From contig MU053487.1 in assembly GCA_013239625.1 (NCBI GenBank), positions 577,058 to 641,057 of the forward strand: DNA of 64,000 bases, in the 5' to 3' direction. The notes under the pieces were generated by a model. That model saw only the letters and a list, made by a program, of their open reading frames with translations. It was not told where the DNA came from and searched no databases. Origin of the DNA: Lama guanicoe. Taxonomy: Eukaryota. Positions 48,818 to 61,725 of this stretch are shown here, piece by piece. Position 1 is the first letter of the stretch; every line of letters begins with the position of its first letter. A program made the translations under genes and the position numbers.

Positions 48818-50902
48818 AAGTTAGGTCATGAAGATGGAAAGCGGAAAGTTTGAGGGTCCTTCAGAAACTCTTGGTGTCTTGCAGTCAGCAGGGACTCCTC
48901 CCACCTTTGAGCACCTTCCAGAACCTTCCAGCACCCTCTGTGTGGGGTGTCTGTCACTCCCTGGAATGTGTGGAGAGAGAGCCTGTGCACCCGAAGGTAT
49001 GATCATTCTGGCCATTTGGGGGATCCTCAGGACATGCCTGTGGCAGAGACCATGATCACCTGTACTTTATAGATGGGTGAACTGAGGCCCAGAGCTGTGC
49101 TGTCTCCTGTTACCCGGCTGGTGAGTGTCAGAGCTGAGATTCCAGCTTCCAGGCCGTGATGTAGAATCACTCTTACCACTATCCCTTTTTTTTTTTGAAG
49201 CTGGGGCTGGGCCTCAGGTGGAATGCCAGGATGAAGGCTGAGGGTCGAGACTGCAGGTGTCATGGTGGAGGAAGTCTCCGTTTTTTTCCCTCTTTCCTGT
49301 CATCCCTGCTCTGAGTCCCCCGATTCCTCAGTTCACTCCGGAGGCGAGCGCCTCTTCTCAGACCAGATTGGCTGTCCCCAAATTTCAGTTTGCCTCAGTC
49401 CCTTCATCGCACCAGCTTGGGAGGCAGAATCGTGGATGCACCAGCCACATTTGTGAGTCACGCGCTCAGATCCCCAGGGGAAGACGACATGTGGGAGAGG
49501 GTGGGGTTCTTTTTAGGGAGACGAGTGTGAAGCCCGCTGTGCCGGCATTCTGCAGCTGTGCTCGGCAGAAACTTGTGAAACCTGGAAAAAAAACTTGCGG
49601 CCACCCTCCCGCCAACAGCCCCAGGGTGCGGTCAGGACAAACCAGATGGGGGGCTTCTCCAGGACCAGGGGAGGAAGGCTTTGTGGGAAACTGGGTTTGT
49701 GGATTGGAGCTGTGGGCACAAGCTTCAGAGGTCTTCACCTAAACTCTGCTCCAGGCCAAGGGGACCTGCTAGAGGTGATGCTCTCTGGATCCTGGTGAGG
49801 GGATGCTGGCAGGGCTGGGTGGCGTGTGAGTGTGTGTGTGCTTGTCTAAGGGGATGATAAAGTTAGTGACCTGACTGACTTCGCTTCCCACGGGCTGCCA
49901 GGCTGTTGGAGGACAGTGCCCTGCAGCGGGTGGCTTTGTAAACGCAGGCAGTGGCTTGCCAGGACCAGGTTTCCGGTGGTTGTCTAGTCCAGGACGGCTG
50001 CACGCTCTGTTGGTTTAAAGAGCAACATCATCTTCATTTTTGAAAGTCTAGCCAGTAGTATCCGAGTATCATGGACACAGCACTCAGAAAGAAACAGTGG
50101 CAAGTTTAGTTCAAATTGAAAAAACAAACAAATGCCCTATATGATTTCAGCACTTAAAGCAATTAACTGTCAATCTTTTGACATTTGTACATGTGTAACC
50201 TTGGCTCCTGCTAGGGTGTTTGCATCAACGCCACCCCAAAGGGTTAAAAGAACCCCTCATTCAAGCAGGACAGTGCCCCTCTTTTCCCTTCATCCCTTCC
50301 CTTGTGATCTGGCTCTCTCCCTCTCTCTCTCTCTGCCTCTGTAAAGTAATTGAGAATGCATTTTATAGCCAAGATTTTTTTTCTTGTCCCCCTGAGAAAA
50401 GAATCCTTTGTATACACTCACAGTTAAAAGGATAAAGACTCTGAAATCTAGTACAAAGCAGAAGCGTGGATCCTGATGGACAGTGTTCAGTCCAAACAAG
50501 ATAATCCCAGTAATGGAAACCCAGAGATTAACTGCATTTGCACTGGAACTGGATTCTCAAGATGTGAATTGCTTATAAAAGATTTCCCCCAGCCTGCCAT
50601 CTCCTTAGCTAATTTGGTTTACTTCCTGCCTATTGTAGCCATTTAGCAAGGAAGAAAATCTTGAACTAAACAATTAGGCAGCAGTAACAATTTTCTAGAC
50701 ATATACAGGTCATTTTAGGACTAAGTTTGGATTATCCAACTTAGAGCTTTTCCTCCCTCACAGTTTATAAACATGGTTTCTAGTAACTCAGATGGATGCA
50801 ATAAGTTATGGTTTCATCACCTTGTGAACCCATGAACCTAAGTCTGTCATCTGATCACTTAGCCTAACTCTGACTTGTCATCTTCCAGCTGTGTGTTGTT
50901 GG

Positions 50903-50983
50903 CATCCATTTGTCCATCCATCTGTCCATTGATCCATGCATCCATCATCCATCCATCCATCCATCCATCCATTCATCCACCCA
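50903..50983. repeat. (CCAT)n simple repeat
   Basis: Direct read. Confidence 0.9.
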
Positions 50984-51164
50984 CTTACCCAGAAAACATC
51001 TGAGGGCCCCGTAAAAAGCTAGGAGTCTAGTGGAAGAGCCAACAGTCCCAGAGTGTTGAGAAGTTTATTTTCAACAAACTGCTGGAAGGTTGGGGCAGAC
51101 TGGTGGGTTGAAGGGGAGGATATAATCAAAGTTAAATGATATCATTTAATGAGTGAATTTTTGA

Positions 51165-51670
51165 ATTTTTTTTAAAAAATGGGGTTTAATTTACATACAG
51201 TAAAATGAGCACATCTTAAGTGTCCAGCTTGATGACTTTTTACAAGATATACACCCGTGTGACCACGAGAACATTTCCATCACCCCAGAAAATACCCTTC
51301 CAGTCGGTACCCACCTCCGGAGAGAACCACAATTCTGACGTGTTACCAAAGTCAGTTTTTCCTCATCTTGTACTTCCTCGAAGTGGTATCACACAGCCTG
51401 TGCTTTTTTGGGTCTGGCTTCTTCCACTCGACATAATGTCTGGGAGGCTCACGCACACTGTTGCATGTGTTAGCAGCTTGTCATATTTCATTGATGAGGA
51501 GTATTTCACCGTTCGAATATGTCCCAGTCTGTTTATCCCTTCTCTTGCTGACGGACACTTGGGTTGCTTCTAGTTTGGGGCTCTTTTGGATAAAGCCGCA
51601 ATGCACATTCATGTACAAGTCTTTTTGTGGACATGAGCACTCATTTGAAAGTGAATAAAACATAGGAAGA
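51165..51670 (-). mobile_element. Old L1 (L1MB/MC-like) 3' end
   Basis: taatttacatacagtaaaatg...gaacatttccatcaccccagaaa...gtctggcttcttccactc...gacggacacttgggttgcttctagtttgggg. Confidence 0.85.
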
Positions 51671-53169
51671 TAAGGAGAGTCAAAAGATGTTTAGTTATAC
51701 AATGTGCTGAAAACTTTTATAACAGAGAGAAATCCAAGGCTGACTGGATTTCAAGGCAGGCTAAATGTGTCCCCTTGGAGATGCATGAGCTCATTGGAGT
51801 GTGTCCATCATGTGAAGTTGTGTGAGGAAATGATCTGGGTGCCGTCAGCTTAGTCACAGTGTTCCCTGCAGGAAGGGAGGCCCCCAAAGGACCCCACGTT
51901 TGACTTCTTGGGGAACCAGAGACCCCTGGGAAGAAAGCTAAGAGGTCTCATTTTGTGTGTTGAAGAGGGACCCCCACCCCTACAAAGTGTCTTGAAATTT
52001 CCTGTTGGTCCAGATTCCAGTTTCTGGGCAGCAGTTGAGGTCGAGGGGGAGGCGGTGCACCCCATTCACGATCGCTGGAGCGCCAAGTCAGCAGGGGCAC
52101 CAGGTGCCAGGGGCGGGCGTCCCCCGGGCTGTGTGGATGTAGCCGGCGCCTTGTGACCAACCGTTTAATCTCACCTGCCTGCTGTAAGGTATACTCACCA
52201 TCCCAGAGAACTGCAAAATATAAATTGTCTCTTAGCGCTGATAAACCAGTCAGGAGGAGGACAAGCCTTGACAAAATCTTACGACTTAATTGTATTTCTC
52301 AGCTGGGCTCAGGAAATCTGCTCCCTCCTCAGGCTAATACTATTTACCAAGGCTCCCAGCCCCACCATGAGGATTTTTTTTAACCCTTGGTGGGAAGCAC
52401 CGTAGCATGGTGTGGAACTGTACTCTGAGGCTGTCCCACTGGCCCGGGCGCTCAGGTGGGCATGGGGGAGCTTTGCCTTCATGAAGTACGTGAATCCCTG
52501 TGACTTCTGGCTTCTGGTTGGGCTGCAAGTGGGGGCGCAGGAGGACAGGCTGCCCCTGAGAAGAGCCGCTGCTGGGGTTGGACAGGGGTGGTGGTGAGGA
52601 GACAAGATGTTCTGCTGGCCTGGTTTTCTAGTGCACAGGTGTTTGCAATCCTAAATAAATGTGCAGTGTCAGGGCTCAGCAGCCTCTCAGCTCAGACTTA
52701 TAATGAGGGCTGAGCTGGGGAAGAGATTGGGCCTCTCTGGGCACTTGCCATGATGTTCAATGAACCCAAATTCAGGCCTAATTAAGAAAAACGATTGTCT
52801 GGAAGAATTGAGTTTAGTGAGAACAGGGGGGGTGGTCCCCTGTCCGAAACAGTGTGTGCTCTGAAAATCCGCCTCCCCGAGCCTGAAAGCCCGCGTCTCT
52901 GAGCATCACTGGCTTTTCACTTTGAGAGACATCTTCATGGAAAGCTTTGAAAAACACTGTGTTTTGAGCATCCACCCTGAAAACGAGGCCAGAGGTTCAA
53001 GGCGGCAAAGCCTTTCCCCTTCACAGAGCGATGTCCGCTGGTGACTTGCACAGGCCCACCTGGTGGTCTTGGTGAGCGACGGTGGCTGGTTTTACCTGGT
53101 GGACCAAACACTCCGTCGTTTGTCTGCCTGTTTGCCCATCTGTTCATTCACCGCACGCTTAGTGCCGAT

Positions 53170-53622
53170 TGCACTGGGTGGAACAGTGTCCTCCCCACAT
53201 TGATGTCCTTCCCTGAACCTCAGACCCTGAACTTCTTTGGAAATGGGGTCATTGCTGATGTCGTTCGTAAAGTGAAGATACGGTCGTCCTGGAGCAGGGT
53301 GGGCCCTTCATCCAGTGTGACCCATGTCCTTACGGGGAGAGGAGAAGAGACCCAGAGAGAGACACAGGCACAGAGGAAGAAGGATTGTGCAGTGGCAGAG
53401 GAGGGACTGGAGTGATGCGTCTACAACCAGGCAACACCCAGAATGGCTGCCCAACCCCAGACACTGGGAGAGAGGCCAGGGTGCAGCACGCCCTCCTGCA
53501 CAGCCCCCAGAAGGAACCAGCCCTTGATTTTGGACTTCTGGGCTCCTCAACTGTGAAAGTATGACTTTTTCTGAGCCACCTAGTTTGTGGTACTTAATAC
53601 GGCAGCCCTGGGAGAGTAAAGA
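53170..53622 (+). mobile_element. MaLR LTR (MLT1C-like)
   Basis: cctgaacctcag...tttggaaatggggtcattgctgatgt...agggtgggccct...ccagaaggaaccagcccttgattttggacttctg...gccacctagtttgtggtactt. Confidence 0.85.
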
Positions 53623-53659
53623 AAACCCTCACCACAGTGTACACGGCTCCTGGCTGCGT

Positions 53660-54080
53660 CTCCAACCTGACTTCTTTCCATTCTCCCTCACTCTCTTGCC
53701 TCCTGACTGCTCATCACACTTGTTTTTTTTCTTTTTTTCATCACACTTGTTGAGCAGAATTGTTCTTCAGGGCCTTTGCACGTGCTGTCCCCTCTGCCTG
53801 GAACATTACTCCCATGCTTTACTCAGTTCTCTGCTCAAATGTCACCTCTTCAGAGAGACCCACTCTGGATGTCTTATCCAGAACAGCATCTCCTCTGTCA
53901 CTCTGTCCCCTTACTCTGCTTTAATTTTCTTCCTAGCATGTGCCATCATGTGTGTACGTGCATCTATTTTTTCCCCTGTTCCCCAGCAAGACAGTAAGCT
54001 CTCTGAGGGCAGGCACTGTCTTGTTTACTGCTGTATTCCCAACAGTACTACTTGGCAAGTAGTAAGTGCTCAATAAATAT
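53660..54080 (+). mobile_element. L2 3' end
   Basis: cagggcctttgcacgtgctgtcccctctgcctggaa...ctcaaatgtcacctcttcagagag...taagctctctgagggcagg...gtaagtgctcaataaat. Confidence 0.85.
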
Positions 54081-54750
54081 TTATTGTTAAAATTCCCCTG
54101 TGCTAGGTCACCAGAACCAAATCTAGTTCCCGTACTCTTGGGGCTCATATGTGCTAGTGACTGACATACAGAAATGTGAGGAACAACTAGGGGTCAGGGG
54201 AGATTTCACCTGGTTTCCACGGAAGGGTTTCCTGAGCGAGGGATGCTTGATGGTGGAGTTGGAGTTGACCAGGCAGGAGGTGTGCAAAGGCCCTAGGTTG
54301 GGAGGCCATCTGGCTGTGTTTGAGAAAGTGAGAAGGCTGGTGTGGGAAAGTGAGAGCCAGGTGGAGAGCCAGAACATTCAGGGCCTGGTGGTCCATGAAA
54401 GGACCCTGGTCCTGATCTTGAGTGATGGAGAGACTGAGAGGGATGGGAGAGGAAGGGGCTGGAGGGCATGACATGATCTGATTTGTGTTTGGTAAACTTC
54501 ATTCCCGTCCCAGCAGGGCGATGCCTTGGAGTGATCACTTAAAAGGTGGTTACAGTTGTCTGGGGAGCTGCCTGGGGATGGTGATAAGAGGGCAGATTGA
54601 AGAGCTATTCAGGAGTCAAAATGGACAGGATTTGGTCGTGGGCTGTGGTTAGGGTGGGAGGAGGAGAGAGTAAGACCAAGGGTAAGACTTCAGGTTTCTG
54701 ACATGCACAATGGACTGCATCGTGGTACCATCTACAGAGTGAAGGAGCAC
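54080..54750 (-). mobile_element. L2, antisense, tail-to-tail with the preceding copy
   Basis: gtgtgcaaaggccctagg...catgacatgatctgatttgtgtt...tcaggagtcaaaatggacaggatttggt...caggtttctgacatgcacaatgga. Confidence 0.7.
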
Positions 54751-54864
54751 TTGAGAGGTGCGTGCATGTGTGTGTGTGTGTGTGTGTGAGCAAACCTCAA
54801 ATCCATGGCAGTTTCTGCAGCACTGTGCTATTAGGTGCCTTCCAGCACCCTCCATGGAAATTCC

Positions 54865-55350
54865 GAGCAGGCTTGTGCCCTAGTGGTAGATTAGCAGGTT
54901 GGTGTTCTCCCGTGAACCATGGACCTTGGCATGCTCACCCTTGGGTGGCCCCTCCTGCCCTAACCAGGGGCTTGGCTGTGTGACTTGCTTTGGCAGATGG
55001 GACCCTGGTTGACAGAAGCAAGCAAAGGCTAGGCAGGAGCTGGCACTCGGGGCCTTGTCCTCCCAGAAGCCTCTCTTGGAAGTCGGCTGCTGTGCTGTCA
55101 GGAGGCTCTGGGAGACTTCAAGTGATGAGATACCACGTGAACAGACACCCTGCAGGGATGAGAGACCGTCTTGGAAGTCCTGGCCCGAGCAGCGCTCCCG
55201 CCTTGAATGCAGCCACAGGACACCACAGCTACCCCACCTGAAGCAGAATGTAGCATCCTACCCCCCGATAAGAATCTGGAAGAAGAATAGATGGGTGTTG
55301 TTCTAAGCCACCAGGTGTTGCCTGGCTGGTGATACAGCAACGGATCACTG
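54865..55350 (+). mobile_element. MaLR LTR (MLT1I/J-like)
   Basis: ggggcttggctgtgtgacttgctttggcagatggga...gttgttctaagccaccaggtgttg...atacagcaacggatcactggaaca. Confidence 0.65.
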
Positions 55351-55899
55351 GAACAGACCCCTCCGGACAGATGGTGTGGGGATCGGGCTGCTGCTGGGCT
55401 CTCCTGCGTGGAGAGTCTCCAAGGCACACATCTCTAGGCTGCTCTGCCAGCCAGGGTTCTTCTGTTCTGTCTTCCTTTACTTTGACTTTGGTTCAAGGCT
55501 GTGGAGGGCAGCCTGTCTCAGGGGTGTGGGTGGCACCGGGGGCAGTTCCGGGTGCAATGGCCATGCTCTCCTGTCCCTGTTCTCTCCAGTTTTCCCTTCC
55601 GTATCCCGTCCGTGGTCTGTATCTGTGCCTGGTTTTCCTCACTGCCTTCCTGCTGCCTCATCTGCTGCTGCTCTGGGGAGCCCCCACGGCTACAGAGACT
55701 CCTGAAAGCTGGTTCAGGAACTGCATCAGCGCCCACCTCCCTATTCTGTCTGTCCTCTGTCCTAGCACAGGAGGAAAATTAGGTCTCCTTTGTCTTTTTT
55801 TAATGAACAGGTTTAACCGCTGTAAGCCGGCTATTATATTGGACTGAAGATGCTGTTTGTGCACCATTGTCAGCAGAGACCAGGGACCAACACTGACAC

Positions 55900-56640
55900 C
55901 TCCTTAATTATGTGCCGTTAACGATGTACGCGTGGCAGTGGGGGGAGCGTCGCAGGTTCGCTCCCGCTTTAATTCTGGGCTGTGTTATATGACACGCTAA
56001 TGAGTCCAGAATTCTCAAAGGTCATAATCTGAATACATTTCCTTTTCTTCTTTTTAGGGGAATGGGGATAGAATTCAGAACAATTAAAATGAAATTCATT
56101 TCATCATTAGGCTAACAACGTCCTCGACTGTACTAATGACACAGATGTGTGTTCATTTGCTGGTCATTTGGACAGATCTGAGTGTGTCTGATTTCTTGTA
56201 AGGGCCTCATCTCTGAATTCTACCCAGGATGGGTTTTTCTTTCTTTCTTTTTTTTTCAGCTGCTCACTCTATTGATTATGAGAAATAACTGGAAAAAAAA
56301 TCCACCAAAACCCTTACAATATGGAAAGTGCAAATTTAGCAGAACCAGCATTGAATTTTCCAGGGAGTCATTTATCATCCTTACAAAGTTTTGGTTCTTT
56401 GCAAATGAAAAAGAGAAAGGAATGGTAATTGCTCTGTTCAGCTAATTGACAGAATTGTGTCAGAAACAGGAGGCGTCTCAGCGCTGCCTCGGATGATGAC
56501 ATTTGAAGGTTGTTCCCATTCTCTCTTCAGTGCTAAATTAGGTGATCATTATTTCCCTGTGAATCTTATTAATCCAGTGCTTCTTTCTCCCCCACTCTCA
56601 GAGCTGAGATTCAGACGCATGTGAAAATGAAATGCCAAAG
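55900..56640. promoter_or_regulatory. Candidate conserved non-coding / enhancer block
   Basis: Repeat-free with dense TAAT/ATTA cores (ttaattat, gctaatga, ctaatga, gctaattga, ttattaat). Inference only. Confidence 0.3.
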
Positions 56641-59617
56641 GTCAGATGACAGTGTGGCCAGTGCAGGCCATAGTCCCCAGTTTCGTGGTCGGTGCCTGAG
56701 TGGGAGAGGACGAGAGGGAATTCAAACCATCTGTTACAAAGAACCTTCTCTTTACAGAGCTGGGACCCAGGTCTGAAATCTCTGCTGGTGGATGTGAAGA
56801 GTAGGATAGGCCCCTGACTTGCCAGGATCGTGGCGGCCAGGAAAGTGCTGCTCTAATGCTTCCTGGTTTTGGATGGCTTCGTGGGGGCAGGAGCTCCTCT
56901 GTGTACTCAGGGATAATTACAAACTCCCGATTTTTCACTGTAAAAAAGGGTGCTATAGGGCTTATGTTACAGCTTTTGCTGAGACCTTCCTGACATTAAA
57001 AAAATGGCATAGAAAATCGATGCTTGGCCTTCATTAGCTATTAGATCCAAAATGGCAATTGATGATGGAAAACAGATAGACAGTCTGGTGGCAAAACCAG
57101 CAGCTCCCCGGGAGGGCAGATTGACAGCAGTCCTGGATGACACTTGGAAAACAGCAGGATGCTCTGTGCTGATAAGGCTAAGCATGAAGGTTGTTCCAGC
57201 GGATGGTGGCACGCTGGCGGCAAACACTACCTCGTGTTTCTGGTTGGGTTTGGGCAAGACCTGCCCAGCCTGACTTGACAGCCTTTCTGCCCCTGGGAAT
57301 GTGCTCGAGTATCCCTGTCTCATGCCCTCTTGTCCCTTCAGTCGAGGCTCCTCACGGCAGCCAGTGGGAAGAGCAGCTGCCCTCCACCCACCCCCCCGAG
57401 ATGATGGAGCTGATGACACAAGTGCATTCTGGGACATGTTCTCACCTTCTCCCTCTAGCATCCCAAAGGGGAACTGAGCGGATGGCCAGTGGGTCTCTGT
57501 AGAAACAGAACAGACCTGGGAGGTATTGTTTAAAAGTAAGCTACTTAGAACAACCTTTCAGATGTTCTGCATGTTTTGAACCAGTGGGTCCTGGATACTC
57601 TCAATCTTTCTTTTAATAATCCTCTTAATCAATTTAGTTATTAATATTTAATATTTTAAACAAAAGCCTTTATGGAAAGAGAGCCTTGCCTTTTTTCCCT
57701 CTCTGTGGGCCCAGAGAGATAAAAATTTCATGTTTCCCTCTGGCAAGTTAGTTAGAATCAAATCCTAAATCCACGAACAGGCTTCAGAGCCTCTGATTCC
57801 CACTTCTGGAGGAAGTGGTTTAGGGCTGTGTCCTTATTCAGAAACAAGGTAAAACGACTCATGTTTATACAAAACAGCGGAGTTAAGGGTAGGGATGCTT
57901 TCTTCATTTTGTTTTATGACAGGAATAAGTCGCTTTTCTCCCCTTCATAAGACACTTCCTTGTCACTTCAACCTTCGTAGCAAAGTTCGATAAAAGACAT
58001 CATATGTGACAGGAAAAAAAAATCATCACTGGAAAATGTTCATTAGTCAACCTATTGTTCCAAGAAGGCAGATGGAATGATATTTTTCTCTTTCTCTTCC
58101 TTTTTTTACCTCCTTGCCCCACCAAATTGCCTTTGTGTTTCTTGGTGCAATTTCCAAATTTGGTGAAGACCCATCACCTTCCAAAGCTGTCAAGGAAGAA
58201 AACACCAGGACATGGTGCAAAGCTGAGCAGTTTGGTGGCACCAAACGCACCTTCCTTGGCCGAGAGTTCAGTTCCTCCATCCTTTGCCATCCCTGTGGCT
58301 AGGGAAACCTCACCTGGGATGTTCACGGGTTAGCGACCGAAGGTGGAGGAAAACTTCTTGATTCCTGTGTTTATTCCCTCAGCTTCCTCTCAGTATGGCT
58401 TTCACACTGATGGACCCGCCCACCAGGGACCTTGGGTGCCTCAGTCACAGGCTGAGGCTCTCAGGGGGCACATCTGTACACGTGGCTGCTGTAAAAGGAA
58501 TGAATCAAATTTCATGCCTGGTTTTGGTAGCATATGACTCGTTTTCATGACCCTCCAACTAAAACGTGGTAGTTAAAACAGCAAAGGGATATTTATAGGG
58601 TCATTTTGATCCAGCCCGTCGTAATTTTCTTCCCTGGGTAAGTCTGCGTGTCCTTTGTTACAGCTCTAATTACCCTGACAGCTTTCCAGAGGGAAAGCTA
58701 GGCTAGAGGTTATTTAAATAGGAAACCAAAGGTTTTGACATCGGTTGAGAGGGAATGGCTTTTATTTCCTAACATATGTTTTAATGTAACAGAAGCTCGT
58801 ATGGGCTGATTTTTCCTCTCTCCTGAATACTACTAATTTTATTTTATTTCATCATTTATTTTATCATTGAGGCAGAAGGAGAATTGTGCTGGTCTCGCCA
58901 CCCTCTGCCCAGGCCCGGGGCAGGCTGAAACAGCATCTCTGGGTTAAGACATGAGCCCAGGGCACGCTGCTCAGCCCGCTCCCCCACCTCCCCCGTCCTG
59001 AAACTCCAGCTGCAGGCCTCTGTCAGGTTACGGATTTAGCAGCTCTCCTTCCCTCCTTCCACATCACTCCAGGGATCTCTATTAACTTCGCACACTAAAA
59101 ATAGCTCTGCAGAACTGCTGAACGGGTGAGGGCAACCGGCAGGGCCTGGGGAAGGCTAAATATTGCTCACATTGATCAGAAAGCTGGGCCCTGCTCCCAT
59201 GACGCTGGAGGTTTGACACCAAGCTCATTAAGGATGTTTGTGCATCTGTGGGTTTGAGAGGTAGGAGAGGGGAGGGCGTCAGGCCCGGGGGCCTGACGAA
59301 GTGAGGATGCTGTTGCCCAGGTCTTTTCTTACCAACCTGGGGCTCCCGCTTTTTCTGAATTAATGCAGCTCTTGTGTGAGCCTGGACTGGGCCTGTCTTC
59401 CCTCTTGGCGAGGGTTCTTAGCTGAGAATAAAGCCAACCCTTACCTTGACTTTTATCCTAAGCACCGCGTAAATTTTTTTCTTGCACAGAATGTAATGGT
59501 CTCATCAACTTGTAGATGGCAGTGTCTTGTACTTGCTTCAGGCTGAGCAGCTGGTGGGAAGAATTTAGGATCTGAAGTCTTAACGTCTCTGTTTGAGGCC
59601 TAGTTCTACTGCATCTT

Positions 59618-60139
59618 TTTTTAAATTGAAGTATAGTCATTTTACAATGTTGTATCAATTTCGGGTGCACAGCATAGTGTTTCAGTCATACATATACATA
59701 CATATATTCATTTTCATATTTTCAATATAGTTTACTGTAAGATATTGAATATAGTTCCCTGTACTATACAGTAGAAAACTGGTTGTTTATCTACTTTATA
59801 TATAATAGTTAGTATCTGCAAATCTCGAACTCCCATTTTATTCCTTCCCACCCCCTTTCTGCCCTCATAACTGTAAGTTTGTCTTCCATGTCTGTGAGTC
59901 TGTTTCTGTTTTATAAATAAGTTCATTTGTGTCCTTTTTTTAGATTCCACATATAAGTGATATCATATGGTATTTTTCTTTCTCTTTCTGGCTTAGTTCA
60001 CTTAGAATGATACTCTCCAGGTCCATCCACTTTGCTGTAAATAGCATTGCTTTATTCTTTTTTATGGCTGAGTAATATTCCATTATCTATATCTATATCT
60101 ATATTTCACATATTCTTTATCCAGTCATCTGTCAATGGA
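59618..60139 (-). mobile_element. 5'-truncated cetartiodactyl-type L1 inserted into a MIR
   Basis: ttgaagtatagtcattttacaatgttg...tagattccacatataagtgatatcatatgg...ccagtcatctgtcaatgga. Degenerate TSD tactgcatctt / tccttcatctt; MIR core resumes at ~60150. Confidence 0.92.
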
Positions 60140-60323
60140 TCCTTCATCTTAACTGTGCTATATTGGACTAGTTACTGAACCTCCCCTAGCCTCAGTTTCC
60201 CCATTTATAAGAATCTCAAATTAATACTGCTTATACACATGGTTGCAAACTTAGATGGCACAGAACAGAGTGTTTGGGAAAATATAAATAGCGAGAGTAT
60301 TTCCTAAACATCTGTAGTATTAG

Positions 60324-60827
60324 TGTGGTGGTTAATTTTATGTGTCAACTTGGCTAGGCTGACAGATGCCCAGAGAGCTGGTAAAACATTCTGGATATGT
60401 CTGTGAGGGTATTTCCAGATATGATTAGCCTTTGAATTGGTGGACAGAGTGAAGATCACCTTCATCAGTGTGGGTGGGCATCATTCAACCTGGTAAAGGC
60501 TCCAACAGAAAAAAATAGTGGAGGAAGGACCACTCCACTCTCTCTATGGAGCTGGGACAGCCATCTTCTCCTGCCCTTGGACATCAGTGCTCCTGGTTCT
60601 CAGGCCCTGAGACTAGGACTGGACTTATACCGTTGGCTCCCCTGGTTCTCGAGCCTTTGGGCTTAGACTGCACTACACCACCAGCTTTCTTGGGCCTTCG
60701 GCTTCCAGATGGCAGATGGCGGAACTTCTCAGCCTCCATAATTGCATAAGCCGGTTCCTCACAATAAATCTCTTTCTCTATATCTGTCCTTTTGGGTCTG
60801 TTTCTCTGGAGAACCCTGACTGACCTA
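60324..60827 (+). mobile_element. ERVL solo LTR (MLT2B/C-like) with intact 5-bp TSD
   Basis: tgtggtggttaattttatgtgtcaacttggctaggc...ctgtttctctggagaaccctgactgaccta; ATTAG at 60319-60323 and 60828-60832. Confidence 0.92.
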
Positions 60828-61489
60828 ATTAGGTTGAACCAAAAGAAAATGCTAATAGTCCACCAATTTTGTTCTATAAAAAAGGCCATTTCATATGGTT
60901 CAACCTCATATATTAATAAGAGGTTCTGGGAAGTCTTTCCTCACTTCTCTGAATTGTCCCTGTGAGACAGAAAGATTATCAGCCACCTTATTTTAGTGCC
61001 TGGGGGAAATTGAGGTTTCAAAGGTTACTTGTACCAAGTTATATAAAAGTCTATGAGTGGAAGCCCTTCTCCCATTACTCAGTCTGGGGTTTCTTGACCT
61101 TGCCCTGCTCTTTGTGGGCCTGGGCTGGAAATGAGAAGCCAGAGAAAGAATGTGATAAAAAGCCATTTTCCCCAGGAGCTGAGCCGCGTGTAATAGGAGA
61201 GGTCACAGCCTCGATGACAAATGCCATCAGAAGGAGCGGTTCTCGCGTTAAGCACGCTTTCTTGAGCCGATGCGGGCTCTCCTGAAACGGTGGCTCTTCC
61301 CGGGTCTGTGTGAAGCTCTGCTGAGCTACTGCTGCTCAAGTTGCTTGTCTCTCAGAGTCACCAAAATGGGCAGCTCGGGGCTGACATGGGGATCCGAGGA
61401 TCTGGCTCCCCATGGAGGGAGCTTAGCTGGTCTGGGTCAGAACATGGTCCACCTCGGGCTTGCCTTTGGCCCGTACAGATTTTCATGAC

Positions 61490-61725
61490 CTCAGCACGAC
61501 TGACCTTTTGGGTCAGGTTCTCTGTCCTGTACATCATAGGGCACCCAGCAGCATCCCTGGTCTCCACACACTAGATGCCAGCAGCACGCTCCCCAGTAGT
61601 AGCAACCAAAAATGTCTCAGGCACTGTCAGGTGTCTTGACATAATAGTAATAGATCATAAAGTTTCTGTAAAGGGTAGGATGAGGGCAGAATCACCCCCA
61701 CCCCCTGCAGTTCAGAACCACTGGG
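61490..61725. mobile_element. MER20 (hAT-Charlie) with an internal insertion
   Basis: ctgtcctgtacatcataggg...cagcatccctggtctccacacactagatgccagcagcac...caaccaaaaatgtctc...ttcagaaccactg. Confidence 0.85.

Noticed and set aside
54071..54086. Perfect palindrome CAATAAATATTTATTG at a tail-to-tail L2 junction as a miR-28/151-like hairpin
   Set aside because: The L2 3' end is intrinsically near-palindromic here, the flanking arms pair poorly by eye, and the geometry differs from those miRNAs.
59732..59950. ORF MESKKRTQMNLFIKQKQTHRH..., and similar ORFs at 9852, 42309 and 48553
   Set aside because: They recur only because they are translations of the L1 3' UTR.
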